Below are positions 30,671 to 39,942 of a DNA stretch of 64,000 bases, piece by piece. This stretch comes from Silicimonas sp. Its GTDB lineage: Bacteria; Pseudomonadota; Alphaproteobacteria; Rhodobacterales; Rhodobacteraceae. The DNA lies in assembly GCA_022824525.1 (NCBI GenBank), contig JAJDZT010000052.1:18047-82046 (forward strand). Reading direction: 5' to 3'. The first letter of the stretch is position 1, and each line of letters begins with the position of its first letter. A program made the position numbers and the translations under genes. Under the pieces are notes generated by a model. That model worked only from the letters and a program-made list of their open reading frames with translations, had not been told where the DNA came from and made no database searches.

Positions 30671-31334
30671 ATCCTTCGCCGCGTCGCGTGCGGATCAGTG
30701 CTTCGTCGAATGGCTTGTCGATCTTGGTGCGCAAGCGACTGATATGGGTTTCAACGACGCTTGTCGTCGGGTCGAAACTCATGTCCCAAACCTGCTCGAG
30801 AAGCATCGTGCGGGTCACCAGGCGCCCGGGGCGTCGCATAAAGTATTCGAGCAGTTTGAACTCCTTCGCCATGAGTTCAATGTCCTGATTTTGGCGCTGG
30901 CAGCTTCGCGACAGAAGATCGAGGCTCAGGTCCCCATACCGCAAGACCGTCGGTTCCGCGCTTGCGTCGCCCCCGTCTCGCCGACGCCCAAGCGCGCCGA
31001 CCCGTGCCGAAAGCTCCGCGAACGCAAACGGCTTCGTCAGGTAATCGTCGCCGCCCGCATCGAACCCTTCAACACGGGCGTCGACTTCACCCAGAGCGGT
31101 CAGGAAGAGGGCGGGCGTCGTATTCTTTGAGGCCCGCAGGGATTTGAGTATGGCGAGCCCGTCAAGGCCCGGCACCATGCGGTCGAGGATCAGAAGATCA
31201 TACTCCTGACCCATGGCGGCCATCAGCGCTTCCTTGCCGTCGGCAAAGTGATCCACCACATGGCCTTCCTCGCGCAAACCGTTGGTGACCCAACTGCCCA
31301 GTTGGGCATCGTCTTCTAAGAGCATAATTCGCAT
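30654..31334 (-). CDS. OmpR-family response regulator
   Basis: Start moved to ATG 31334 (MRIMLLEDD). Phospho-acceptor region LLILDRMVPGLDG. Winged-helix C-terminus (LLEQVWD ... IRTRRGEGYVF). Confidence 0.9.
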   Translation of the reverse strand: MRIMLLEDDAQLGSWVTNGLREEGHVVDHFADGKEALMAAMGQEYDLLILDRMVPGLDGLAILKSLRASKNTTPALFLTALGEVDARVEGFDAGGDDYLTKPFAFAELSARVGALGRRRDGGDASAEPTVLRYGDLSLDLLSRSCQRQNQDIELMAKEFKLLEYFMRRPGRLVTRTMLLEQVWDMSFDPTTSVVETHISRLRTKIDKPFDEALIRTRRGEGYVFGR

Positions 31335-31438
31335 GTTGGTTCCGCAGTCCACGCGTTCGAAGGTCACTGTACTCAGCGACCTCCGAATTGGCCATTCATT
31401 CCGGGCGGTCGCCCAAGTCACGTGTCCTTGTCGTCCTT

Positions 31439-31735
31439 TCAGTCATCGTCTTCCGCTTCGACCTCGATGACCTCGCCCGTATCCGCGGCGATTTCGATTT
31501 CGTACTCCTGGCCTTCCGCGTCGACGATCTCGACTTCGTAGACCATCATGCCGTCGTCGCGTTCAAGCTCGACTTCCTGAACATCGCCTGCAACCTCCAG
31601 AAGTGCGATTTCAATGGCCTGCGCTTCGCTGAGACCGGTGGCGTCAGCCGCCGTCTGGGCCGACACCGCACCAACCAGCGCGCCCGTCAGAACCATGCCC
31701 GTAAGTGCTCCGCCTGCAATCATTTTCCTGTTCAT
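31439..31735 (-). CDS. PepSY-domain periplasmic protein
   Basis: Start moved to ATG 31735. Signal peptide MNRKMIAGGALTGMVLTGALVGAVSA. PepSY-like core AIEIALLEVAGDVQEVELERDDGMMVYEVEIVD. Acidic tail. Confidence 0.75.
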   Translation of the reverse strand: MNRKMIAGGALTGMVLTGALVGAVSAQTAADATGLSEAQAIEIALLEVAGDVQEVELERDDGMMVYEVEIVDAEGQEYEIEIAADTGEVIEVEAEDDD

Positions 31736-31937
31736 ATCGTATCTCCATTTTCTGTTGCTCGAAGGCGTCGTTGCCTTCCGATGACACCGATATGGGGCAG
31801 CAACTTTGTTTGAAGATCGGCCGAACCTTACAATGTTGTAAGGTGGCGCACGAAGCAGCATGTGGCCGACACTCGCCGCAGGAGGCGCGGTGAGTGTCTC
31901 CTGAAACCGGTACTATGGGACTTCGGGAAACCTTGGT

Positions 31938-33503
31938 TCAGGCTTGGCCGTATTCGCGAACGCAACGTGCCACGACGGATGCAACATCCATCACCACAAC
32001 TGAATTGTGGTCTTCGTCGGTCTTGCCGATTTGCAGAATGCCGGAGACATCTTCAGAAGCCACTCGGATGCTCTCAGGTGTATCTCCGACGCCGACAGGT
32101 TTGACGCGATCGGCGGTGGTCATGACAATCTCGTTCACCGTATCGACCACGATCCCGTATTTCTGCTCACCATGCCGGAAGATCAGGACCTTTTGGTCTT
32201 CGCTCTCCAACGCATCGTATCCGTAAAGCTGGCGCAGTTTGATGAGCGTGATCAGTTCGCCCCGTAGGTTCAGAATGCCTTCCACGAATTCCAACGTGTA
32301 AGGCGGGTCGAGAAGATCCACCGGTTTGGAGATCACCTCGCTGACGTCGCAGGTGTCCATGGCGAAATTGTTCGACACGGTGAAGACGATGAATGTGCGG
32401 CGTTCAAGATGTTCGGCTTTGGCGGTGGCCTCTTCTTCGTCATCCCCTTCGCCGTCGTGCACTTCCTGGCAGGTGCGTGCAGGTCCGACGAGGCCGGGCT
32501 CGGACATGAGCTTTTGATGGTCGAGCAGCATGACAAGCTGCTCGTCCTCCTGCACAAGACACCCCCTCACGATATTGCCGCGCGGCAGGGCCAGCTTGGC
32601 AAAGGGAAGAACATCCGTGTCGAAGTAGGGCAGGATGCTGTCGATGGAGAACACCATCAACCCGATCATCCCGCCTTCGGTTTTCATGATCAGGAGCTTG
32701 CGGCCCGTCAAAGAGGTTTGTCCGAGTTTGATCGGTTCCTCGTTGCCGATGAAGCTGCGGAAGTCGACGATGGGAATGATGGAGCCGCGCAGGTTCGTTG
32801 TGCCGATGACGAACCCGTGCGCCAAGAGCGACTTGTTGACCTCCGGCATGTCACGGACTTCCTGCACGTATCGCAGATCAATGGCGCAGGTCGTATGCCC
32901 GAGCTGAAACGAAATGCAGTTGTGGCGTTTGCCGAGATCGCCCTCATGTTCGCGATGGCCGACCGTCTTCTCGGCTTTCGGCACCCGCTCGATACGAAGC
33001 ATCTCGTAGGGATCGAGAACCTGGACCATGCGGTTGCCGTCATCGAGCTTGAGGACACCGTCGATGACCACGTCCTTGATCCCGCCGTCGTCGGCGCGAA
33101 AGTTCACCCGCGCCGAACCGGGAACGTTCAGAACTTCACCTGAGCGGTCGAAAAGGATCCCGATGCATCGGTCGCCGTTTTCCACGATGGCCACCTTGCG
33201 CACCTTGTCTTCGGCGTCCTGCGTGTCCTCGCGCTCGGGGAAGGCCAGCAGGATGCGCAAGTCGACCACCGGAATGATCATGCCGCGCAAGTTGAAAAGC
33301 CCTGCCATGAAAGAAGGGGCCAGCGGCACCCGCGAGATATTCCTGGGTTCGTTGACGACTTCGCGGATTGCGCCGACCGGCAGGGCGAACTCGGCCTGAT
33401 CAATCCAGAAAGACCCGAAAATGTCCGCTTTGGTGCGACCGGTGCCCACCGCTCCCTCGGGGGGGGCTGGAGGCACCAGTGTGTCCGTTTCGACGTGAGC
33501 CAT
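31938..33503 (-). CDS. chemotaxis scaffold protein with three tandem CheW domains
   Basis: Three repeats of the CheW pattern (...GLFNLRGMIIPVVDLR..., ...GTTNLRGSIIPIVDFR..., ...GILNLRGELITLIKLR...). ATG 33503 is directly after the cheD stop (GTG 33506 is also possible). Confidence 0.85.
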   Translation of the reverse strand: MAHVETDTLVPPAPPEGAVGTGRTKADIFGSFWIDQAEFALPVGAIREVVNEPRNISRVPLAPSFMAGLFNLRGMIIPVVDLRILLAFPEREDTQDAEDKVRKVAIVENGDRCIGILFDRSGEVLNVPGSARVNFRADDGGIKDVVIDGVLKLDDGNRMVQVLDPYEMLRIERVPKAEKTVGHREHEGDLGKRHNCISFQLGHTTCAIDLRYVQEVRDMPEVNKSLLAHGFVIGTTNLRGSIIPIVDFRSFIGNEEPIKLGQTSLTGRKLLIMKTEGGMIGLMVFSIDSILPYFDTDVLPFAKLALPRGNIVRGCLVQEDEQLVMLLDHQKLMSEPGLVGPARTCQEVHDGEGDDEEEATAKAEHLERRTFIVFTVSNNFAMDTCDVSEVISKPVDLLDPPYTLEFVEGILNLRGELITLIKLRQLYGYDALESEDQKVLIFRHGEQKYGIVVDTVNEIVMTTADRVKPVGVGDTPESIRVASEDVSGILQIGKTDEDHNSVVVMDVASVVARCVREYGQA

Positions 33504-33505
33504 CA

Positions 33506-33982
33506 CTAACCTCCAAGCCGCGGAATGGTGGAAATCGAATAGGTTCCGTCATCGCAGTTGATCTTGACCTGACGCCCCAAAACGCCGCCAAGGTCGTCAT
33601 GCTGGATGCGAAAGCCCGCGTCCTTCACCGCCTGTTTCGCGAAATTGGCGTTGGTCGACCCGACGAGGCGTGCGGGATCCGTATCTTCCGGCATTGTCAT
33701 GTTTGCACCACCGGCCAGAAAAACCCGCAACTTCCGGCGATCGGGAGGTGTGAGCTCCATGAGGGACGCGAGAGAGGCAATGGCGCTGTCCACGTGGCGA
33801 CCCGAAATCTCATCCGACGTGGTGTTGGATTTCGACAGCAGGCAATGCGCGAGACCGAAAATCCCGCGCTGCGGAAACAGAAAGCCAATCCCGACACAGG
33901 AGCCCAAAATGGCATGCAAGGATTGACCGGCCCGCCCGATTTTGACCTGTCCGATTGTCACGTGGAGCTTTTCGCGTGCCAT
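33506..33982 (-). CDS. cheD: chemoreceptor glutamine deamidase CheD
   Basis: 158 aa. ILGSCVGIGF (catalytic Cys region) and VFLAGGANM motifs. 1-nt overlap (TGATG) with the cheR stop. Confidence 0.88.
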   Translation of the reverse strand: MAREKLHVTIGQVKIGRAGQSLHAILGSCVGIGFLFPQRGIFGLAHCLLSKSNTTSDEISGRHVDSAIASLASLMELTPPDRRKLRVFLAGGANMTMPEDTDPARLVGSTNANFAKQAVKDAGFRIQHDDLGGVLGRQVKINCDDGTYSISTIPRLGG

Positions 33983-34836
33983 CAGTGACCCGCCTTCCGT
34001 GCGCCGAAGACGGGCCTGTAAATCAGGGGCGCGACCGCCTCGAAACTGCAGTTCAGGCTGCCAAGCGTTTCGCTTTCGCCGATGATCAGCGTCGCGTCTG
34101 GTTTCATTTGGGCATGGACGTGGGCCAGGATCTTTTCCTGATCCTCGTGGGTGAAATAGATCAACACGTTGCGAAGGAAGACCACGTCGAAGGGACCACC
34201 CGTTTTCAACCGGTCCAACAAGTTGTGCAGGCGGAACGTGATGCGTCGTTTCACTTCTGGTCGGACTTGATAGCCGCCGGCATCGTCGCCGACCATCTGG
34301 CGGGCGAAAAGGTCCGGGTCCTCCTTCTGAAACCGCGCCACGGGCCGACCGACATAATGTCCTTTCGTTGCAATCTCGATCACGCGGGAGGAGATGTCGG
34401 TCCCGAGAATCGCATAGTCGAAACCGGCATTTGATTTTCGCACGTCTTCGAGGATGACGCCGACTGTATGGGCCTCCTCGCCCGTTGATGCGGCGGCAGA
34501 CCAGACCTTCATCTGGCGCGTGCCGGGCGTCTCCAGAAACCTTGGGATCACGACCTCGCGCAGATGCGACCAGATCCGGGGCGTGCGATAGAAATAGGTC
34601 TCGTTCGTGGTGACACGGTTCGTCAGTTCCTGCATTTCAACCGGGTCCGACGTGACCCGGTCGATATAGGCGCTGAAGGTCGTCTCGCCGGTTTCGCGCA
34701 GCCGACGCTGGAGCCGGCTGAACAACATGCTTTTGCGGTTTTCGGCAATCGTGATGCCGGTCGTCTGGTGTACGATGTCCCGCAACTTTGCGAAATCCGC
34801 ATCGCTGAGCGACGTCTCGTGATCTGTGGATGGCAT
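33982..34836 (-). CDS. cheR: chemotaxis protein methyltransferase CheR
   Basis: VWSAAASTGEEAHTVG and FDVVFLRNVLIYF SAM-MTase motifs plus the N-terminal helical CheR domain. ATG 34836 preferred (GGAAGAG upstream) over GTG 34872. Confidence 0.9.
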   Translation of the reverse strand: MPSTDHETSLSDADFAKLRDIVHQTTGITIAENRKSMLFSRLQRRLRETGETTFSAYIDRVTSDPVEMQELTNRVTTNETYFYRTPRIWSHLREVVIPRFLETPGTRQMKVWSAAASTGEEAHTVGVILEDVRKSNAGFDYAILGTDISSRVIEIATKGHYVGRPVARFQKEDPDLFARQMVGDDAGGYQVRPEVKRRITFRLHNLLDRLKTGGPFDVVFLRNVLIYFTHEDQEKILAHVHAQMKPDATLIIGESETLGSLNCSFEAVAPLIYRPVFGARKAGH

Positions 34837-34864
34837 GGCCGTACTCTTCCCAGTTCTCAGCCGT

Positions 34865-37800
34865 TCAGGCACCCAACTTGCTCACCTCGGTCTTCAGCTC
34901 CTGAGCGCCGCCGCTCAGCGCCTCGGTCGCCGAAGCGATGGCATCGGACGCCACGACGGATTGTTCCGAAGCGTCGACAATGCTCTGGATGGCTTCGGAC
35001 ACGTCGCGGGCAGCCGTCTGCTGCTCGGTGGCGGCGACGGAAATCTCCGCAATCGAATCCGTCGTTTCCGATATGCCCGAGACGATCTTGGTAAAGGCCG
35101 CCCCGGCCTCGCGAGACACCTCGCTGCCCATGGTTACCCGCTTGACCGTTTCGTTGATCAGTTTGCTGATTTCCTTTGTCGCTTGGCTGGACCGTTCGGC
35201 GAGTTTTCTCACTTCATCCGCGACGACCGAGAAGCCAAGACCATGCTCGCCCGCACGTGCGGCTTCGATGGCAGCGTTGAACGCCAGAAGGTTGGTCTGG
35301 TTGGCGATCTCACTGATAACCTTGACGATTTCGCTGATCTCTTCCGATGAGGCGTTGATCAAATCCATCGCCTCGATCGAGCGCTCGATGGCTTTTGCGC
35401 CAAGGTCCGCCTCGTCCTTCGTTTTCTGCGCGATGCCATCCGATGTGGCGCTGTTCTGCGCGATCGAATCGATGGACGCGCTGAGTTCCTCGATGGAGGC
35501 ACTGATCTCTTCGGTCGTGCAGCCCAGCGTCTGGGCGCCGGTGGCGACGGTCTGGGCCTGTTGCGAGATGGAATCCGTCGTCTTTGCGAATTCGCTGACG
35601 ATCCGGCTCACTTCCTTTTCCAGTTCGACCTCTTGGGTGATATTGTTGGCGAACTTGACAACTTTGACGACCTTGCCTTCCTCATCGAAGATCGGGCTGT
35701 AGGTGGCGCGCAGCCAAAGTTCTTTCCCGGCCTTGTCGACCCTTTTGAATTTGCCGGAGTTGAACTCACCGGCCCGAAGGTCCTCCCAGAAGGCCGCGTA
35801 GTCGGCGCTGCCTACATAGTCCGGATCGCAGAACATACGGTGGTGCTTTCCGACGATTTCGTTCAGATCGTATCCGGTGGCGCCGCAGAAATTCTCGTTT
35901 GCGGTGACAATCGTGCCGTCCGGTTCGAACTCGATGACTGCCTGGGCAAGATGGATCGCCTTGAGTTGCCCGTTGAAGGCAAGCTGCTCGCGTTTGGTTT
36001 CCGTGATGTTCGCCTGGATCGAGACGAAACGCTCAAGCTTTCCGTCTTTCCCGAACACGGGATTGATGGCCAACGAGATCCAGTAAGGCGTGCCGTCCTT
36101 ATTGTAGTTGATGATCTCGTCCATGAACGGTTCCTGTTTCTTGAGCTTGTCGCGAATGCGCGCTCGTGTCTCAGGATCGGTCAGTTTGCCTTGCAGAATG
36201 TCGCCGGGCCTTTTGCCCAAACAGTCGGCCTGCCGGTAGCCGGTCAACTTCTCAAAGCCGGGGTTCACATACTCGATGCGCCCTTCCGCGTCAGTAATGA
36301 TGACAGAGTTGTCGGTTTCGTTGGCAACCAGCGACAGGCGTTCAGCCACTTCTCGCAGTTCAACCTGTTGCGTGACGTCGGTGGCAAACTGCACCACCTT
36401 AAAGATGTCGCCGTTTCCGTCGAAAATAGGGTTATATGCGGCCTGCAGCCAAATCACGGAGCCGTCGGCGCGGTAGCGTTTGAATTCACCGCTTTGAACC
36501 TTCCCTTCGGCCAAAGCTGCCCAGAACGCCTTGTACGCCTCACTCTCGGCGAAAGTGTCGCCGGTGAAGATGGCATCCGTCTTCCCTTCGATGTCTCTGA
36601 GCGAATACCCGGTCAGTTCCAGCATGTTGGCATTGGCACCGGTGATGGTTCCGTCCAGTCGATATTCAACGCTGGCCTGCGCACTGTCGATTGCGGCAAG
36701 GACACCTGCGTTCAGACGGGCTTCCGTGACATCCGCCCATTCCAGCATGTTGCCCACATATTCACCGGTCTCGTCGAAGACACCGCCGACATTCAGGGCA
36801 AACTTGAAGTCGCCGATGGTGATGTCCGTTTTCCAGGGCAGGTTCGACGGATCAGACAGGAGTTTTCGCTGATGCGCCGGGTTCTTGTGGAACCGGTCGA
36901 TGCAGGTGCCGATGATGTTCTTCGGGTCAAAATCCGGCCAGACCTCGGCGAAGGCATCGGCGCTGCGCGCCATCAACTCGGTCGTCGATTTGTTGATATC
37001 CGTGACGATGAAATCGCGGTCGACCACCATCATCGCCGAGGACGAATTTTCATAGCCGGTCGTCTTGCGCAAGTTGCGCATTTCGGCTTGCTTTTGGGTC
37101 GTGATGTCAGTGGCAAAGCACACGATCTTGAAGACGGCGCCATTGCCGTCCACGATCGGATTATAGGTCGCCTGAACCCAGAGATCGCCGCCATCCTTCC
37201 GCTCCAGCCGGAACTGTCCGTCGCGGGTTTCGCCCTTGGCGAGCGCGTCCCAGAAGACTTCGTGCGTCTCGTCACCGCTCCAATGTGCGCCCGCCAGTAT
37301 ATCGTGGCCCGCACCGAGCAGCTCGTCGCGCTTGTAGCCCGTCAACTTGACCATGTTCTCGTTGGCTGCGGTGATCGTGCCATCGGTCGTGAACTCGGCG
37401 CTGGCTTGAGCGCGGTCGATCGCCTCGAGAATGCCGGTGTTCAACCGCGCTTCGGTCACATCGTCCCATTCAAGAAGGTTGCCGACATAGTCTCCGTTCT
37501 CGTCAAAGATGCCGTCGACATTGAGGGCGAACTTGAATTCTCCGATGGTGATGTCGGTCTTCCAGGGCAGGTTGGACGGATCAGAAAGCAGCTCCCTCTG
37601 ATGCGCCGGGTTCTTGTGAAACCGGTCGATACATGTCCCGATGATGTTGGCGGGGTCGAAATCCGGCCAGACCTCCGCGAACACCTCGGCGCTGCGGGCC
37701 ATCAACTCCTTGGTGGAAGCGTTGACGTCGGTGACGATAAAATCCCGGTCCACCATCATCATCGCTGCGGAGGAACGTTCGAACCCAGTGATTTTACCAA

Positions 37801-38221
37801 GTGTCACCTGATCGGCATCGCCCTGCGGCGCGGCAGCCCGCAAGAAGCTCACAACCTTTGCGGGTTTGTCATCCGGGCCGGGAACCGGCGCGAAAGTCGC
37901 GTGCAGCCAGACTGGCGATCCGTCCTTGTGCAGATGCTTGAACACCCCGTCTTCCGTCGACCCCATGGCGAGACGCATCCAAAGATCACTGGCTTCGTCG
38001 GCAGATGCGCCACTCGCCGCGCAAATCGTTTTGAACGGTTCACCGACAAGCGCGTCGTCGCTGTAACCCAGCCAGTCCAGAAACATCTGGTTCGCGGACA
38101 GGATGGTCCCGTTCAGATCGAACTCAACGATGCCATGGGTACGCCCCAAAGCTTCAAGATGCGATTGCGCGTCGCTGATTTCATGCTCCGCGCCGGACAG
38201 TTTTTTTTCGGTGGCACCCAT
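34865..38221 (-). CDS. soluble methyl-accepting chemotaxis protein with seven PAS/PAC modules
   Basis: No TM segment. Seven PAS-like units. C-terminal signalling hairpin [38 protein letters not shown] 38221 has GAGG upstream (the track start GTG 38266 is also possible). Confidence 0.9.
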   Translation of the reverse strand: MGATEKKLSGAEHEISDAQSHLEALGRTHGIVEFDLNGTILSANQMFLDWLGYSDDALVGEPFKTICAASGASADEASDLWMRLAMGSTEDGVFKHLHKDGSPVWLHATFAPVPGPDDKPAKVVSFLRAAAPQGDADQVTLGKITGFERSSAAMMMVDRDFIVTDVNASTKELMARSAEVFAEVWPDFDPANIIGTCIDRFHKNPAHQRELLSDPSNLPWKTDITIGEFKFALNVDGIFDENGDYVGNLLEWDDVTEARLNTGILEAIDRAQASAEFTTDGTITAANENMVKLTGYKRDELLGAGHDILAGAHWSGDETHEVFWDALAKGETRDGQFRLERKDGGDLWVQATYNPIVDGNGAVFKIVCFATDITTQKQAEMRNLRKTTGYENSSSAMMVVDRDFIVTDINKSTTELMARSADAFAEVWPDFDPKNIIGTCIDRFHKNPAHQRKLLSDPSNLPWKTDITIGDFKFALNVGGVFDETGEYVGNMLEWADVTEARLNAGVLAAIDSAQASVEYRLDGTITGANANMLELTGYSLRDIEGKTDAIFTGDTFAESEAYKAFWAALAEGKVQSGEFKRYRADGSVIWLQAAYNPIFDGNGDIFKVVQFATDVTQQVELREVAERLSLVANETDNSVIITDAEGRIEYVNPGFEKLTGYRQADCLGKRPGDILQGKLTDPETRARIRDKLKKQEPFMDEIINYNKDGTPYWISLAINPVFGKDGKLERFVSIQANITETKREQLAFNGQLKAIHLAQAVIEFEPDGTIVTANENFCGATGYDLNEIVGKHHRMFCDPDYVGSADYAAFWEDLRAGEFNSGKFKRVDKAGKELWLRATYSPIFDEEGKVVKVVKFANNITQEVELEKEVSRIVSEFAKTTDSISQQAQTVATGAQTLGCTTEEISASIEELSASIDSIAQNSATSDGIAQKTKDEADLGAKAIERSIEAMDLINASSEEISEIVKVISEIANQTNLLAFNAAIEAARAGEHGLGFSVVADEVRKLAERSSQATKEISKLINETVKRVTMGSEVSREAGAAFTKIVSGISETTDSIAEISVAATEQQTAARDVSEAIQSIVDASEQSVVASDAIASATEALSGGAQELKTEVSKLGA
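36329..37786 (-). repeat. intragenic tandem duplication (2 x 729 bp) of a two-PAS module inside the MCP gene
   Basis: Counting from GTG 38266, aa 161-403 and aa 404-646 align with a fixed 243-aa offset. The first PAS of each unit is roughly 80 percent identical by eye ([14 protein letters not shown]...[48 protein letters not shown]). The second PAS is more diverged. Confidence 0.85.
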
Positions 38222-38458
38222 AATGACCTCGCTACACCCCCGTGCGGCATCACAGATGCGGGTCACCCGTTAATTTCGCCTTACAGCGTTTTGCCTATGC
38301 ATTCGGAATAATGGGAAAATTTTATATTAATCCCTCGTTTTGAATTGGCGTCTGATCTTTTTGCGCAAACTTCCAAAAAAGGTCGCAAGATCAATATTTT
38401 GTTGTCTGGTCGATGGTTTTGACTAGGGTAAAGACGAACTCCGACTTCAGGTGAAACA

Positions 38459-38692
38459 ATGCAGTCTGTGGCAGTCCTCGGTCTCGGCCAAGTCGGTGCT
38501 TTGGCGGCTGCACTCCTGGCGGAAACGGGTGTCACAGTCACCGGGTACGACTTGAAGGTGCCGGATGCGCCGAGCAAGATGGTCGTGGGCGGCACACTGC
38601 GAAACCGGGGCTTTTTGAAGCAGGAAGACATCGGGTTCGCGCCGTATCTCGCCACCCGGAACGGGGCACGGTATAACGCTGCCACGAATTGA
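38459..38692 (+). pseudogene. possible remnant of a Rossmann-fold dehydrogenase (77-aa ORF)
   Basis: N-terminus VAVLGLGQVGALAAALLAETGVTVTGYDL is a GxGxxG dinucleotide-binding beta-alpha-beta unit. The ORF stops after 77 aa with no catalytic domain. Could also be a spurious ORF. Confidence 0.3.
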
Positions 38693-38710
38693 CATGCGGG
38701 GAGTCGCAGA

Positions 38711-39925
38711 ATGAAGGACGAGATCAAAACCGGCTTCGGACCGTCGCTTGGCGCCTTTGACTGGGAAGACCCGTTTCGCCTGGTCGATCAGCTCGAGGAA
38801 GACGAGCGCCTGATTTCCGATGCCGCGCGAACCTTTGCGCAATCGAAGCTCCTGCCGCGCGTGACGGAGGCTTACGGCTCCGAGAAGATCGAACCGGAAG
38901 TGTTCGCAGAGATGGGAGAGGCCGGTCTTCTCGGCACGACCATCCCGGAAGAATATGGCGGTCTTGGCGCGGGCTACGTGACATACGGCCTTGTCGCGCG
39001 GGAAGTGGAACGTGTCGACAGCGGCTATCGCTCCATGATGTCGGTGCAGTCGTCCCTCGTCATGTATCCGATCCACGCCTACGGGTCGGACGAGCAGAAA
39101 GCCAAGTACCTGCCCAAGCTCGCAACGGGCGAGATGATCGGTTGCTTTGGCCTCACTGAGCCCGATGCAGGGTCCGACCCGGCGGGCATGAAGACGAAAG
39201 CCACCAGAACCGAGGGCGGCTACGTTCTCAACGGCTCAAAAATGTGGATTTCGAACAGTCCCATCGCCGATGTGTTCGTCGTCTGGGCCAAGTCGGAGGC
39301 GCATGACGGCAAGATTCGCGGTTTCGTTCTTGAAAAGGGCATGAAGGGCCTTTCCGCGCCCAAGATCGAGGGAAAGCTGTCTTTGCGTGCCTCTGTCACC
39401 GGCGAAATCGTGATGGACAATGTCGAGGTTGGCGAAGACGCGCTCCTGCCCGGTGTTTCCGGCCTCAAAGGCCCGTTCGGATGCCTCAACCGCGCGCGCT
39501 ATGGCATCGCCTGGGGCACGATGGGGGCCGCCGAAGATTGCTGGCACCGCGCCCATGGCTACGGGATGGATCGCAAGCAATTCGGTCGACCGCTGGCGCA
39601 AACCCAGCTGTTCCAGAAGAAGCTCGCGGATATGCAGACCGAGATTGCCTTGGGCCTGCAAGCTGCCCTGCGCGTGGGCCGGTTGATGGACGAAGGACGC
39701 GCCGCACCTGAAATGATTTCTCTCATCAAGCGCAACAACTGCGGCAAGGCGCTGGAGATCGCACGACACGCGCGCGATATGCATGGCGGCAACGGCATCG
39801 CGCAGGAATTCCACGTGATGCGCCACGCACAAAACCTTGAAACGGTAAACACTTATGAAGGCACCCATGATGTGCACGCCCTGATTCTCGGGCGGGCGCA
39901 AACCGGCCTGCAGGCGTTTTTCTGA
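38711..39925 (+). CDS. gcdH: glutaryl-CoA dehydrogenase (acyl-CoA dehydrogenase family)
   Basis: 404 aa. [14 protein letters not shown], the ACAD middle and C-terminal domains, and the C-terminal [18 protein letters not shown] typical of GCDH. Confidence 0.85.
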   Translation: MKDEIKTGFGPSLGAFDWEDPFRLVDQLEEDERLISDAARTFAQSKLLPRVTEAYGSEKIEPEVFAEMGEAGLLGTTIPEEYGGLGAGYVTYGLVAREVERVDSGYRSMMSVQSSLVMYPIHAYGSDEQKAKYLPKLATGEMIGCFGLTEPDAGSDPAGMKTKATRTEGGYVLNGSKMWISNSPIADVFVVWAKSEAHDGKIRGFVLEKGMKGLSAPKIEGKLSLRASVTGEIVMDNVEVGEDALLPGVSGLKGPFGCLNRARYGIAWGTMGAAEDCWHRAHGYGMDRKQFGRPLAQTQLFQKKLADMQTEIALGLQAALRVGRLMDEGRAAPEMISLIKRNNCGKALEIARHARDMHGGNGIAQEFHVMRHAQNLETVNTYEGTHDVHALILGRAQTGLQAFF

Positions 39926-39942
39926 GGAACGAATAGCACCCC

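Noticed and set aside
35561-38311. 916-aa plus-strand ORF antisense to the MCP gene. Similar long antisense ORFs occur at 13335-14975, 2744-4156, 18951-20327, 51206-52621, 54598-56403, 58645-59754, 61894-62931, 23436-24458 and 28051-29190.
   Set aside because: Each lies opposite a gene with unmistakable family motifs. Their translations are Arg/Gly/His/Asp-rich low-information sequences, typical of stop-codon-poor antisense frames in high-GC DNA. No domain motif is visible in any of them.
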